Assembly: GCA_030704615.1 (NCBI GenBank) | Contig: CM060731.1 | Coordinates: 39,432,001 to 39,496,000 of the forward strand | Origin: Takakia lepidozioides | Lineage: Eukaryota; Plantae; Bryophyta | Direction: 5' to 3' | DNA: 64,000 bases | Part shown: positions 52,100-64,000 of the stretch, piece after piece | Layout of the letters: each line of letters starts with the position of its first letter | Position numbering within the stretch: the stretch's first letter is position 1 | The notes under the pieces: generated by a model | Seen by the model: the letters and a program-made list of their open reading frames with translations, nothing else | Databases searched by the model: none | Told to the model about the DNA's origin: nothing | Program-made: the position numbers and the translations under genes

Positions 52100-54860
52100 T
52101 CACATTTGATGTAGATGTACACCAGGGGAATGTTAAGAATGACATCTGGTACAATTCCAGCTTTGATAATGTCACCATGAACCTCTTTGCCCCTTCCCAG
52201 GGCTGCTAGGCTCCCATATGCATATTACAAACACAAATGAACATGACCTGGTCTTGCTTCATCCCTTCCCACATCATTTGCTCCTAGATTTCCAAAGCCT
52301 AAATCCCATACCCATGCTGCACATACCTCGCAATCATGGCACTCCAAAACACCACATCTCGCTCAGCCACCTCTCTTGATCCTCTTTCAGAAGTGCGTTG
52401 GGTGTTTCCTAGAACAAATCTAGGCTGTCATTGTCAGGTGCTAGCAGCAAGGCAAGGATGTATGCATGATTTGTGCAGAGGCATGGATAGCTGAAGGAGC
52501 AGGGATAGAATCTAGGTCCAGATTCATCCAAGAGGGCTGGACTTCAAGCTCCAGATTACCTATGATTCCATGTGGATCAATAGCTACAAGAAACCTGCTG
52601 CATGGGTAGATGGTCAACTAAAGGTAGCAACTACAGCGGCACAGTTGATAAAATCAGGCACCTCAACCATGACCACAACTTATCACTATGGTCAATTGCA
52701 TCAGCTACTCTCTGTAATCCAACAGGCATTCACCTTTTTGCCTCGATTGTCCCACCATGGACTGGGGTCAGAAAAGTATTCATTCCACAGCTTCTCCTTG
52801 TCTCAGCTGTTACCTGTTTCTGGATACTTCCCAGTTGTCACATTGGCAGTACCATGTCAAAGTCACTCCAAACTATCAAAAGGTTCACTCAACCAGTTCA
52901 CTTGCAGAATTCAACATGAAAATTTAGGGCAAATTTTGATAAGAGGGAAAAACAGGGTGAAAATGTGTTGAAGAAGGTACCTTCATTAGCAGTGCCTGAT
53001 TTTATCAATTGTGCCGCTGTTGCTGCGGCTTCCAGTTGACCATCTACCCATGCAGGTTTCTTGCAGCTATTGATCCACAGGGAATTATAGGTAATCGTGA
53101 GCTTGAAGTCCCGCCCTCTTGGATGAATCTGGACCGGCCAGACTCTACCCCTGCTCCCTCAGCTATCCAAGCTCTACACAAATCATGCATACATCCTTCC
53201 CTTGCTGCTAGCGGCTGACAATGACAGCCTACAATTGTTCCAGCAAACACCCAACCGTACTTATCACCCATGCAGAATTCAACATGCATCTCAGGGCCAA
53301 GTCTGATGAGAGGGCAAAACAGGCTGAAACGTGCCCTCACCACATTGTCCTTGACCCATGGAGGATTTGACCGACCATCAACCCAAAAGGACCTCTTGTG
53401 TGTGTTGTTTGTCTGTAGTCAGGTAATGTCGGATTGGTCTGTGAGAACCACCACGGTGCAGCTGAGCAGGCAGAGATTGAAACACGGCCTGCTAAGACCT
53501 ACAAGCTGACTCTCCCGAGAACCTTGTAAACATTAGGAAGAATACTAAATCATGGTACTCACAGGAGTCAAGAGCCCACCTTTGCAAGATGGACGAACTT
53601 CTTCACATCGTACATTAAGAAAAGCCACACCTGGTGATTGCGGTTGTCCCACCATCGTGAAAGATCGGTATAAAACTCATGCAACCTCACATCACGAACG
53701 AGTTAACTTGCAGAATTCTACATGAAAATTTAGGGACTACTCTGGTAATAGGGAAAAACAGGGTGAAATGTGTTGAAGAAGGTACCTTCATGCCGCACGT
53801 TCAACCATCTCCACATTGCCATGGGTTTTGTAGGCACCAAGCAATGCCTTCATTTTGCAAACATGTCGACCTCTTTCCCCTTTTCCAGAGCTGCCAGGCA
53901 GTGTTCAGAATGACATTAGGTACAATTCCAGCTTTGAACAAAGCACAGCCTGCTAAGACCAAGCTGACTCTCTCTCTTGCACCAACGAGCTAACTGTCAG
54001 ATTTCAACATGCATATCAGGCCCGAGTCTGATAAGAGGGCAAAACATGCTGAAATATGTTGAAGAAGAAGGTGCCCTCACAGCCTGCTAAGACCAAGCCA
54101 ACATGTGCCGCTTTTGATCCACCCAATCCTGCAACTGTCCTGCTCCTTCACATATCCATGCCTCCGCACAAATCATGCATTCACCCTTGCCTTGTTGCTA
54201 GTAACTAACAATGCAAGCCTATAATTGTTCTAGGAAACACCCAACTCAACTTATCACACTAGTTCCTATGCTCAATTGCATCTTCTACTCTATGAAATCA
54301 ACAGGCATTTGCCTTTTGCCTCGATTGTCCCACCATTGACTTGGGTCAGAAAAGTATTCATTCCACAGCTCCTGGTCTCCTTGTCTCTGTTACTTGTTTC
54401 TGGATACTTTGTTGTCACATTGGCAATATCAGTCAGTCCCTCCAAACTATCGAAGGTTCACTCAACAAGCTAACTTGCAGAATTCAACATGAAAATTCAG
54501 GGCCGATTCTGATAAGAGGGAAAAATAGGGTGAAATGTGTTGAAGAAGGTGCCTTCATTAGCAATGCTTGAATTTATCAATTGTGTTGCTGCTGCTGCAG
54601 CTTCCAGTTGACCATCTACCCATGCAGGTTGCTAGTAGCTATTGACTCACGTGGAATCATAAGTAATCTTGTGCCTAAAATCTAGCCACACTCTATCACT
54701 TCGCTTCTTTTTCCCCACACGTATGCAGCCATCACAGCCTCCAGACTGTCGGTGGTACCCTTTGCCCATCATTTGCTCATAGGTCTCCAATGCATTCCTA
54801 CCCCACCCATGCTTGGTAAATCCTGCCAACATAATATCCCAAGAATCCACTGCTCTTTCG
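52100..54860 (-). pseudogene. Mosaic of duplicated segments with degenerate PPR fragments
   Basis: VDSWDIMLAGFTKHGWGRNALETYEQM (about 54760-54850) resembles a PLS-class PPR motif, with a similar remnant at about 52230-52340. Direct and inverted duplications lie around it. Confidence 0.5.
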
Positions 54861-54869
54861 ACTTCACAG

Positions 54870-55470
54870 AGATCTTTTGTGTTGGGAAAACACCTTTTGA
54901 TCTTAGTCCAAAACAGGAAGTGGTCAGAGGTACCAATATCAGTTTTGTCGATCAACACATTGGCACTCTGGGGAAACAGATTTTTGTCCATTATGATATA
55001 ATCCACAATGGAACGTTCCCCAGTTTGGGATTTCTCACAAGTCCACTGCACTTGTTCACCTTTTGCCTAGGTATTGTTCAAGGCCATAAGCTGAAGCTCT
55101 TCCAGACAGTTAATTAACCGTCTACCATTAGAGTTCAGCTCGTCCTCACCAAAAGGCCCAATGATATCATCCTGATGGAGACCTTTACCCCCCCCGGTCA
55201 TTGAAGTCACCCAATAAAATCACCTGATCTTTGGCAAGGAACGAAGCACAGTCTAGCTTTACATCTTCAAAGGCTTTGTCTGCATCAGCACTAAGGGACC
55301 CATCTGTGGGCATGTAAACACAGCCCACAAAGAGGTCCTTCGTACTCATGCCTCCCTTCAGTTTCAGCTTTAGCCAGATACTATGCTCGTACCTCAAACC
55401 CTTGTTGATAATTTCACAATTGTCAAACAAGAAATCACGGACAAAGAATCCAACCCCTTTTGATGTGAGA
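54870..55470 (-). mobile_element. LINE APE endonuclease fragment
   Basis: IWLKL..LFVGCVYMP..VILLGDFN; SIVDYII..TSDH. Confidence 0.8.
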
Positions 55471-57599
55471 CTCTATTAGAAGCCCCTTTGGCCATTGCAA
55501 CCTTCAAAGTGCCCCTGTTATCAAGTCTCAAGATGGAGCCATTGGCCATGAAATCCAAGCCTAAGTTAGAGCATGTAAAGGACACAGCGTCCATCCTGGG
55601 ATTCACCCCAAAAACTACACATGAAGCCCTAGAAGTAACCAATTCCCTGGAATCAGCCTGAGGAGTGTTGATGTTGATAGGAGCTAAGATTTTGATTGTT
55701 GTCGCAGGCCATAAGTTTTAAGCACAGGAACCAACCCGAGCCCAAGTGCCGAGTATGCTAGACAGAGCATACGACCGCCCAATTGGGCAGAGGGGTGCCC
55801 CCAAGCGGTAGGCGTCCACTTGTTACCATTCAGAGATCACACTCCAGGGAGTTGCAGGGAATGGCCCGAGTAGGCATATTCTGAAGAGGGAAAGGCCCCA
55901 AGCTTTCCAACTAAATCCAATGCACTACCTTACCTGGAGCAAGCGCTTCAGGTCGAAACAAACAAAGACACGAGGTCACAAGGCCGCCATTTAGTCACAA
56001 AGACATTAATGTACTCCCGTATCAAGTCCACCCAATGGCAATAGGCTTCCTAGAGGACAAGGAGATAACATCGTACATTAAGAAAAAGCCAGTGAGTTAA
56101 GACTAGATCTGCAGACTCGGAAAGAGGTCCCTTGACAAAATCTATGTAAGAGATTTCAGACAGCTGAAATGACAGGGCAGCACTGTAGAGGAGACAGTCG
56201 ACCGGAATGGGATATAGACTGGATTACCTTCGCAGAGTACGTGCCGATTATCCATAAAACCTCCAGCCCGCGTACTCACGCCTTAGAGATTCGTAACGAT
56301 GACGCCCAACTCACTTGAACGTCTAACTGGGCTTCACACCCGAGCACGAGTTCCACAACAACGTACCCCACGTTTGATTCGACCTGCTTGTTGCCAACAG
56401 CTCTACTCTTAACCGCCTCTTTCACTGGCCCAAACATGGCCTTCCTTCTGATGTTATCACATGGAAGACCCTCTGGGCTCACCAAATCAGCCAGGTCCAG
56501 AGCTCTCCTTGTCTAATTCTCTGATTCGCCTCTTCCAAGCACCCAAAATCACATCCACCCTACAGATGCTCTACATTCCCCTTTCTGCCAGTCCCCAACG
56601 CAGGCTCCTTCCTACTCATCTCACTTCAATTCAATCATTCCTACTCCCTCAAGTCCAACACTACAACGCTTTCCTTCCAGTTTCTGACTACCAAAAACAA
56701 ACTCGGAATCAATTGGATGTGGCGGGAAGATTGGGAGGGAGCAGACGGTTGTGGGCCCAGTCTCGGCCAGCACACAGAGGGGGAACAGAGTAACGATGGT
56801 GCGAAGCTGCCTCCCATGCAACGATGGAACGGGGTGCGCTTGTGATCGCGGTTGTCCCACCATCTTGAAGGATCTTTAAAAACTCATGCCAGCTCTGTTC
56901 CGTGCTGCAAACTCAGGGCTGAGTATGATGAGAGCGCAAAACAGGCTGAAATAGGTCGAAGAAGAAGGTGCCCTCACCGCATTGTCCTCGACCTAAGACC
57001 AAGCTGACTCTCCCCAAGGGCGAGCTCTCAGCGGACACCTCCTCGCACACATACCCTAGTGTTTGTCGCTTGCTTCAGATGCGAAGGTTGCTCCAACTGC
57101 GGGCCTCCCATGTTTGCCCTCCCTCCCGCTCGCTCGCTCTAAGTCGCAGCCCTCTCTCTCTCCCTCCCTGCCGCTCACTGCTCTAAGTCCCAGCCCTCTC
57201 TGTTCACGGCTACCTGACCTTGTGTCATCATCCATGCAGGATTTGGCTGACCATCACCCCAAAAAAACCTCTTGTGTGTGCTGCTTGTGTCTGTAGATGG
57301 GTAATGTCGGGTTGGTCTGTGAGAACCACCAAGGTGCAGCTGAGCAGGCAGAGATTGAAAAAAGGCCTGCTAAGACCAACCTGAATCTCCCAAGGGCACT
57401 TTGGCACCCTATTCTTGCTCTACGCTAAACTAGCTTCCGACCTTCGGTAGTTCATGCGAGCGTTGCTCATCGCGACCTCAAAGCAACACTCCTCGCGTCG
57501 CTCAAATGTGCCGTCGCTTTTCCCGCACCATCTACTGCAGAAACCAAAAAATGATGAAGTCATTTTAGCTACAAATGACTTTAAAAAATAAATAAATAA

Positions 57600-57970
57600 A
57601 TCTCAAAAGCGACGCCCAGGGTGTCGCTAAAAATGACTTATCAAAAAATAAAACTCAAATGCGACACCTTGGGCGTCGCATTAAAATGTGATGTTTTTTG
57701 TTTTTTTTTCCCCCCCCTCCCCTGGGTGTTTGATGCGACGCCCAGGGCGTCGCACTAGGGGCCGACCCCCAAGGCGTCGCAAACAACTGGTGCTTGCGAC
57801 GCCCAGGGGCCGATCCCCAGTGCGATGTAGCCCAACTGCGACGTTTTTTTTTTAATTTTTGTCCATTGCGACGCCTTGGGCGTCGCAAGATGGGGGTGCA
57901 GCGGGGGCGTCGCACGGGAGAGGCACCACGGGGGGTAGGCGTCGCTAAACCCCCCCCTTTCCCTGTAGTA
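57600..57970 (+). mobile_element. CACTA right end related to the 25028-48599 family, abutting the hAT transposase
   Basis: GCGACGCCC repeats and terminus GTCGCTAAACCCCCCCCTTTCCCTGTAGTA. Confidence 0.7.
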
Positions 57971-59908
57971 TACTAACACAGTCAGCACCAAAACAATATA
58001 ATTTTTGGGCGATGAAATGGTTGTAAGGCCTCGACCTGTTTGTAAGGCCTCCACAATAACCATTGTGAGGTTATCTGCAGATGACCCATCTACAATCTTC
58101 TGCAAGGAAATCATCATCGGCACTCTATTAACCCAATTCTGCACTATGCAAGCATGGATTGAGATCCAATTGCCGTTATCCACAGACGTCACCTCGTCAC
58201 AAGTTAAGGCCACGTAGTTAGCAGCTGTTATAGCATCAACCATGGCCTCTTTCACTTGACAATACATGAACTCAGCCATCAGCCAGCTTGAAGAATCACT
58301 CCAGTGCATTCTAGGGTTTCTTGAAAATTTATCAATTGCAAGAAAGTCATACAAACCTTGAGTTCGCTAGTATTCAATCATAGTACGACCACCTTGAAGG
58401 AGATGAAAAATGGTGGCAAATTGAACCTTTTTCTTGTCTCTTTCCATCCTGTTGTTCTGATTCATTTGCTGCAAGACCATTTCAGGTGTCCGAGCAGCAT
58501 ACAAGACAGCGTTGCGGTTGTGCCTGCAGTTTCGATTATTTATCTCATCCCCTTTCTTTATCCCCTTCCTGGGAATGTCTTTCTATGCCTTCCTCTTGCC
58601 CTCATGTTTTTCTAATGTGTCCTTCTTGCATGCAATGATGCAATGCCTCTGGTTAATTGCTAAACAAACTTTGCACTTGACATGATGAACCACGCTATCA
58701 TCGCTAAGTATGCCCTCAGACCACGGGAACATTTAAGCTGCCCACTCCAACTGGTATTTCTAAGTGCGGTCATAGTCCTTCTTGGTTCTCTTCTTTAGCG
58801 GTGGCTCTGCAAAAATATCTGAATCATCCGATGAAGAATCCTCAGCAGCAGTATCAGTGCTAAGGAAAGTGACAGACTTGTCAGGGGAAGTCCTAGATCC
58901 TTGGGTGCTTTCAGTTGACAGTAGAATTGACTTGGAGCTTTCTGAAAGAGAGACTGGGAGTGTTCCAACAGAGAGGTTGTCAGAGGGTGGTGAGCTAGCA
59001 GCATCGGAAGGAAGAGGCATTGAGTCACAAACAAATCTAAGTGGTTGTGCATTCGAAGCATGGCAGCTGCTACTAAAGTACTTGGCCAGACCGGACTTAG
59101 CTCTCTCTATAGCCAAATTCGACTTCATGGCTTCAAAAGTCACAAGACACGATGAAGAGAAACAAAGTCCAGATTACAATAGACAGACCTATCAGGTGAC
59201 AATTGTATAACTTCGGCACTGGTCTTTTATAAATACTGAACGAAAACTTCAGGCTTCTTCAGCCATGAAACGAAACTGTAACCAAATAACCACTCTTACA
59301 ACAGCCGTTACCTCATAATTTGATGCCATTGCTTCCACTCTTCTACAAAACGGCGCTCCTTGTACCTTAAATCGATTGAATTTAAAGAGGAAATTGAAGC
59401 AAATAAGTGCCAAGGTAACACAAGTACTTGCATATCAACCTCATATCAAAGCCTTGACACACCTGGCGAGAATCCATTCATGCAAATCATATTTGGGTGA
59501 CACGGTACATATGAAGACTGCGCTAAGCTGGTGACTCTTATGAAACTGTGAAGCAATCTTGGTGGCGACTACCTCACTTCAATGCTCTAACCACTTTGGC
59601 TACACAAAGAGACACGGTGGTTGCATTGGCGATATCTAGCGGTGTACCTGTATAGATCTGGCTATATATATAAAATTGAGATCTAAAAATGCAGGCATCA
59701 AGCCTATATAATAGTGAAGCATTTTGGCACCGTGTCCCTATGTACAGAGTTGTAGTTGGCTCCAACAAAGAATTTTTATCCCATATTTTTATATAACTGT
59801 GTCAATACCAAATTTTATTTGTAGTTTTTTGGCTATTTTTCGCCTAAAAAAAAAGGTCTGCCGCAGTACACCCTCGGGTTGGGGGACTTACCTATACGTA
59901 ATACACTG
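57971..59908 (-). mobile_element. Degenerate hAT (ZNF862-like) transposase, 5' part; probable CAGTG terminus at 59908
   Basis: FPWSE..VKCKVC; HWSDSSSWLMAEFM..YVALTCDEVTSVDN..ISIH; multiple stops. Confidence 0.8.
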
Positions 59909-59910
59909 GT

Positions 59911-60760
59911 ACTTGTGTGGTTGGCCGTGTAGGGCCCATTCTGCACTGTAAGCGGCACTGGGCAGAATGGGCCCTACCCGGCCCGGTCACTGGCGTTAAA
60001 AGCAGGTGTGGCGTATTTTTGCCACTACGTGGCGCAATATGATTGAGGTTCAATTATCCCATATCGATTGCCCAGATTCAGAGCCCCGGAGAGGATATAA
60101 ATGGGGCGAGCCTCAAAGGGAAGGCGGGTGGGTTGATGGCTGATGGTTGATGGCATGGGCTCAGTGGTAGCTTTGCCGTCCTTTGAGTGTAATCGGCCAT
60201 CCTTGCTGATTCTGCCGGAGAATTAGGCTCAAAAAGTGACAGAATACGCCACACCTGCTTTCAACGTACTAGATTCTGGGTTGTGTAGGGCCGATTCGAT
60301 TCTGCCCTGTAAGCGGCCCTTGGGCGAGCCCTATGGCCGTGCACAGGGCAGAGTCGGCCCTACACGGCCCGTTCTCTGGCGTTAAAAGTAGGTGGTGGAA
60401 TATACCTGGCGCAATCTGATTGGGCATGAATTATCCCATATCAATTGCCCAAATTCAGAACCCCGTAGAGGATATAAACGGGGGCTAGCTTACAGGGCAG
60501 GCGGGTGGGTAGCTAAGAGGTTGCATGCACCTGGGTAGATGCTGCCATCCGGGGTGCATAATGCATAATCGGCCATCCCAGGCAGAATCGGCAGTACACC
60601 CTGGGTGGCCGATTCGGCCAAATAAATTGCCCTGTGGAAAGGGCCGAATACGCCTTAGGGCCCGAAAATCCCTTAATGCCCGACAGGCGGGGCTCTACCC
60701 TACGTAAAACATTATCCCATATCGATTACACAATCTGCGGACTGCATTAAGTATATAAGT
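59911..60760. repeat. Block of direct and inverted repeats (GCGTTAAAAGCAGGTGTGGCGTATT, ATTATCCCATATCGATT)
   Basis: Copies at about 59994, 60244 (inverted) and 60380. The same motif also occurs at about 22671. Confidence 0.7.
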
Positions 60761-61288
60761 GGGTAGGCTCCACGGGTGGAGGTCGGGGTGCTGGTGGCAG
60801 GTGATCTGTGGGGGGGGGGATGCTATTCTGTGAGCAGATCCCGCGAGCAGAAAAATCTGTGAGCAGAAATCTGCTCACGCTTCAGGATCTGCCCACCTAT
60901 AACCGCGGGCGTCTACTCAAGTTAGAAGGCCTATTATTGCAAGCTCGGTTATGGATGCTGCTGGGATGAATGGCGGATGAATCTCTGTATGATGAATGAG
61001 ACATGGATGAATGAAATCAATGAAATAATACAAAGTTGTTTTGTAGTAGTAGCTCCCAAATCCCCCGAGCTCCGAAATCCTTTAAACCATGCTAGTCTTG
61101 CTTGCAAATCAATTGTGAAAGTGCAGTGTATATTACCAACAATGAATCCACATTGCTTCGTGGATTGATGAGGGGTTACTTGTCATTTTTCCAGGTATCC
61201 AAGGTTGAGAGAAAGGCTCACACCCAAATCTAAAGAAGGCAGAGAGGTGAACTCGTGCTTTATAAATAAATATTTCAAAACACGTATT

Positions 61289-62400
61289 GGGAATTAAGAT
61301 GTCGTTGACGACACCTTAATCCCCAGCACCTGCACACACACCGTCTTACCGCCAAGGCTTGTTCGCCATCAGATTTTTTTGGGTGAATTTTTATGGGGTT
61401 TTTTGTTTTTTCCATGAATTGTCATATGCCAACTCGTACTGGGAATTAAGATGTTGTTGACGACACCTTAATCCCCAACACCTACACACACACCGCCTTA
61501 CCGCCAAGGCTTGTTCGCCATCAGATTTTTGTGGGTTGAAATTTTTTGGGTGATTTTTTTGGGGTTTTTGGTTTTTCCATGAATTGTCATGTGCCAACTC
61601 GTACTGGGAATTAAGATGTCGTTGACGACACCTTAATCCCCAGCACCTGCACACACACTGCCTTACCGCCAAGGCTGTTCGTCATCAGATTTTTTGGGTT
61701 GAAATTTTTTGGGTGAATGTTTTTGGGGTTTTTGGCTTTTCCATGAATTGTCATGTGCCAACTCGTACTGGGAATTAAGATGTCATTGACGACACCTTAA
61801 TCTGGCACATTCGGGGAAAAAAAAAAAAAAAAAAACGTTTGTTTGTTTTTTTTTGTTTTGGAAAACTTGCTGGGAATTAAGATGGCGTTGACCACACCTT
61901 AATCTGGCACATTTGGGAGATTTTTTTTTTTGTTTTTTTTTTTTTGGGGAAAACTTGCTGGGAATTAAGATGGCGTTGACGACACCTTCATCTGGCACAT
62001 AGAAAAAAAAAAAACCGTTTATTTTTTATTTATTTTTATTTTTTTAAAATTATATATTTTTATAAATTTAAAAATAATTTTAAATAGATAAAAATTTAAA
62101 TAATTAAATTTAAATAATTAAATTTAAATAATTAAATTTAAATAATTAAATTTAAATTTTAATAAATTTTAACTTGCTGGGAATTAAGATGTCGTTGACA
62201 ACACCTTAATCCCCACCACCTGCACACACACCGCCTTACCGCCACGGCTTCTTTGCCTTGAAAGTTTTTTGGGTTGAAATTTTTTTGGTTAATGTTTTTG
62301 GGAAAAAAAATTCGGGGATTTTGGTTTTTCTTTAAGCTGTCATGTGCCAAATCGTACTAGGAATTAAGATGTCGTTGACGACACCTTAATCCCGAGCACC
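61289..62400. repeat. Array of eight ~35-bp palindromic units within 90-220-bp repeats
   Basis: GGGAATTAAGATGTCGTTGACGACACCTTAATCCC at about 61289, 61441, 61606, 61770, 61872, 61960, 62179 and 62359. Confidence 0.85.
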
Positions 62401-64000
62401 GGCACACGCACCATGGTTCATTCATGTCGCTCATTTTTCATCCAAAAGTCATGTAACATTCATCCATTTTTTTTCATTCATCCGGCAGCTTTTCATCGCA
62501 CATTCGTACCATATGGTCGTCACCCAGCAAGGATTCTTCCGTCGGATGGGGTGGAGATTGTGTCCGTGCAGTGTAGTTTTTGTCCACGGCAATAGGCCAT
62601 CTTCTTCCCTCGGTTGTAGGCTCCCATTCACTAATCTGCTCACGCTTGCATTCTGCTCACGTTTACCACTTAAAGCGTGAGCGTGCTCACGTGAACTGCT
62701 CACACTGTAGCTACCCTCATCTATGGCCCCATCATCTTTGCTCTACTTCTATTAATTTATTATGTCATGGTTTGTGTTTTTTTTGGGGCTCTGCACACTT
62801 TGGGGCCTGCGTGTGTGTAGAGCCCCCTAGGTACTAATAAGTAGTAAGTGAGAGGGGAAGAGGGCCCGCTCAGCGGTGGGACCTTCTAGAAGCCCCGATC
62901 CCTCAGCGGTGGGACCCTTCTAGAAGGTTGCCTCCCCATGTATATTTTTTCAAGCCTCCGGCTGCTGGTCCCAGTGCCGCACCATCTATGTATTAATGTC
63001 TTGGCATGGGGTGCGCAGTTTTCTGGGCCCTATCCGAGCCCTCTTCTTAGGGCCTTACCACACGAGCGGCCGTGGAAGTCCCCGCAACTTGCTGAAGGCC
63101 TAACTGACACCCTCAACTACCACACGGCAGAAACGACAACGAGAAGGCCATATGACATGGTGCTTATGTGGAGCCTCTCCGTGAAAATAGGATTTCCAGG
63201 GGCTATTGCCTGGAAATCCGAAATGTTAGGGAACTGCTTTGTCGCGATCTGCTTTTTCTCGGCGTGGCCCTCATCTAGTTCATTCATTTTCGTTTCTCAA
63301 GGATCTGTTCCCGTTCCCATGTGGTAGCGTTGGTTTGTTTTTGCTGACATGGGCCTACTCTCCATAACATACAGGTGCTACAATCCTGGCCAGGGACTTC
63401 CATGTCACCCGAGCTCACTACCGCTCGTGTGGTAACGCCCTTAGCCTTAATAGAGGCTTTCCCCGTTCCCTGTGGGCCCTAGTTAATTCCTGGACCACTC
63501 TCTAATCCCCACACCCCCTTTCAAACCTGGCCCCCTTATTAGGGCTAAGGGTAATGCATTACGGCCGCTGTAATGCCCTGGCACGGATCAGGCGCGACAA
63601 TACGGATATTAACGAGCAGATTTTAACAAACGAAAATTCAGGGAAATGCGGAAATCCCTGCGCAAACTCGTAAGGGCTGAATCAGCGACTCTGGGTTCAA
63701 ACCCCTGTGGTTGCTCTGTCCATGTATGCCTCATGGGCCATGACTCATGGTTCATATTCCCCCTGAGGGTTTCCTTCAGGAAAAAAGAAAAACTGTACGA
63801 ATGTGTCTTGTGATATATATATATATATATTGTACGTTCATCCCCGACTTCTGAGATGCATCCAAGCTATTCATCTCAACTGGTCGGACCTCAACTGTAA
63901 CCATCCGATCGACTTAGGATAAGATCTGGATGGTCAGATTCCTGACGTACTGCCACGGAGACAAGGTGGCTTTATAATTACTTAATTGACGGTAAATCAG

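Noticed and set aside
50980-57970. A single CACTA element spanning both ends
   Set aside because: The left (CACTAGAAGA) and right (TACTACAGGG) termini and their subterminal repeats do not match.
61289-62400. CRISPR array
   Set aside because: The spacers are long and related to each other, the context is eukaryotic, and there are no cas genes.

Overview
Plant nuclear DNA, probably from a non-seed land plant (inferred from the TE lineages). The left 21 kb holds two spliced host genes on the minus strand: a 9-exon BAM2-like beta-amylase and an 8-exon myristoylated calcineurin B-like (CBL) Ca2+ sensor. The CBL gene carries a tandem stack of LINE 3' ends with (TC)n tails in intron 6, and the start of exon 7 appears out of frame. 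The remaining 43 kb is nested transposons. Its centre can be reconstructed by flipping one ~16.8 kb inversion (about 24949/25028-41773), which restores two elements. (1) A Ty3/gypsy-type retrotransposon inserted in an L1 LINE with a 4-bp TSD. It encodes gag-protease-[complete DNMT3-like C5 cytosine methyltransferase]-RT-RNaseH...integrase tail-PHD finger. Instead of two LTRs it has split direct repeats A...B-A-B, with a palindromic B/A junction (GACAGCTGTC) and no visible tRNA PBS. (2) A ~13 kb CACTA/EnSpm transposon carrying an intact stand-alone SET-domain ORF, plus its transposase, a TnpA-like ORF and a small Cys-rich ORF. Two neighbouring TEs therefore each carry their own chromatin enzymes. 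The rest is hAT, L1, CACTA ends with PPR fragments, a SINE and palindromic repeat arrays.
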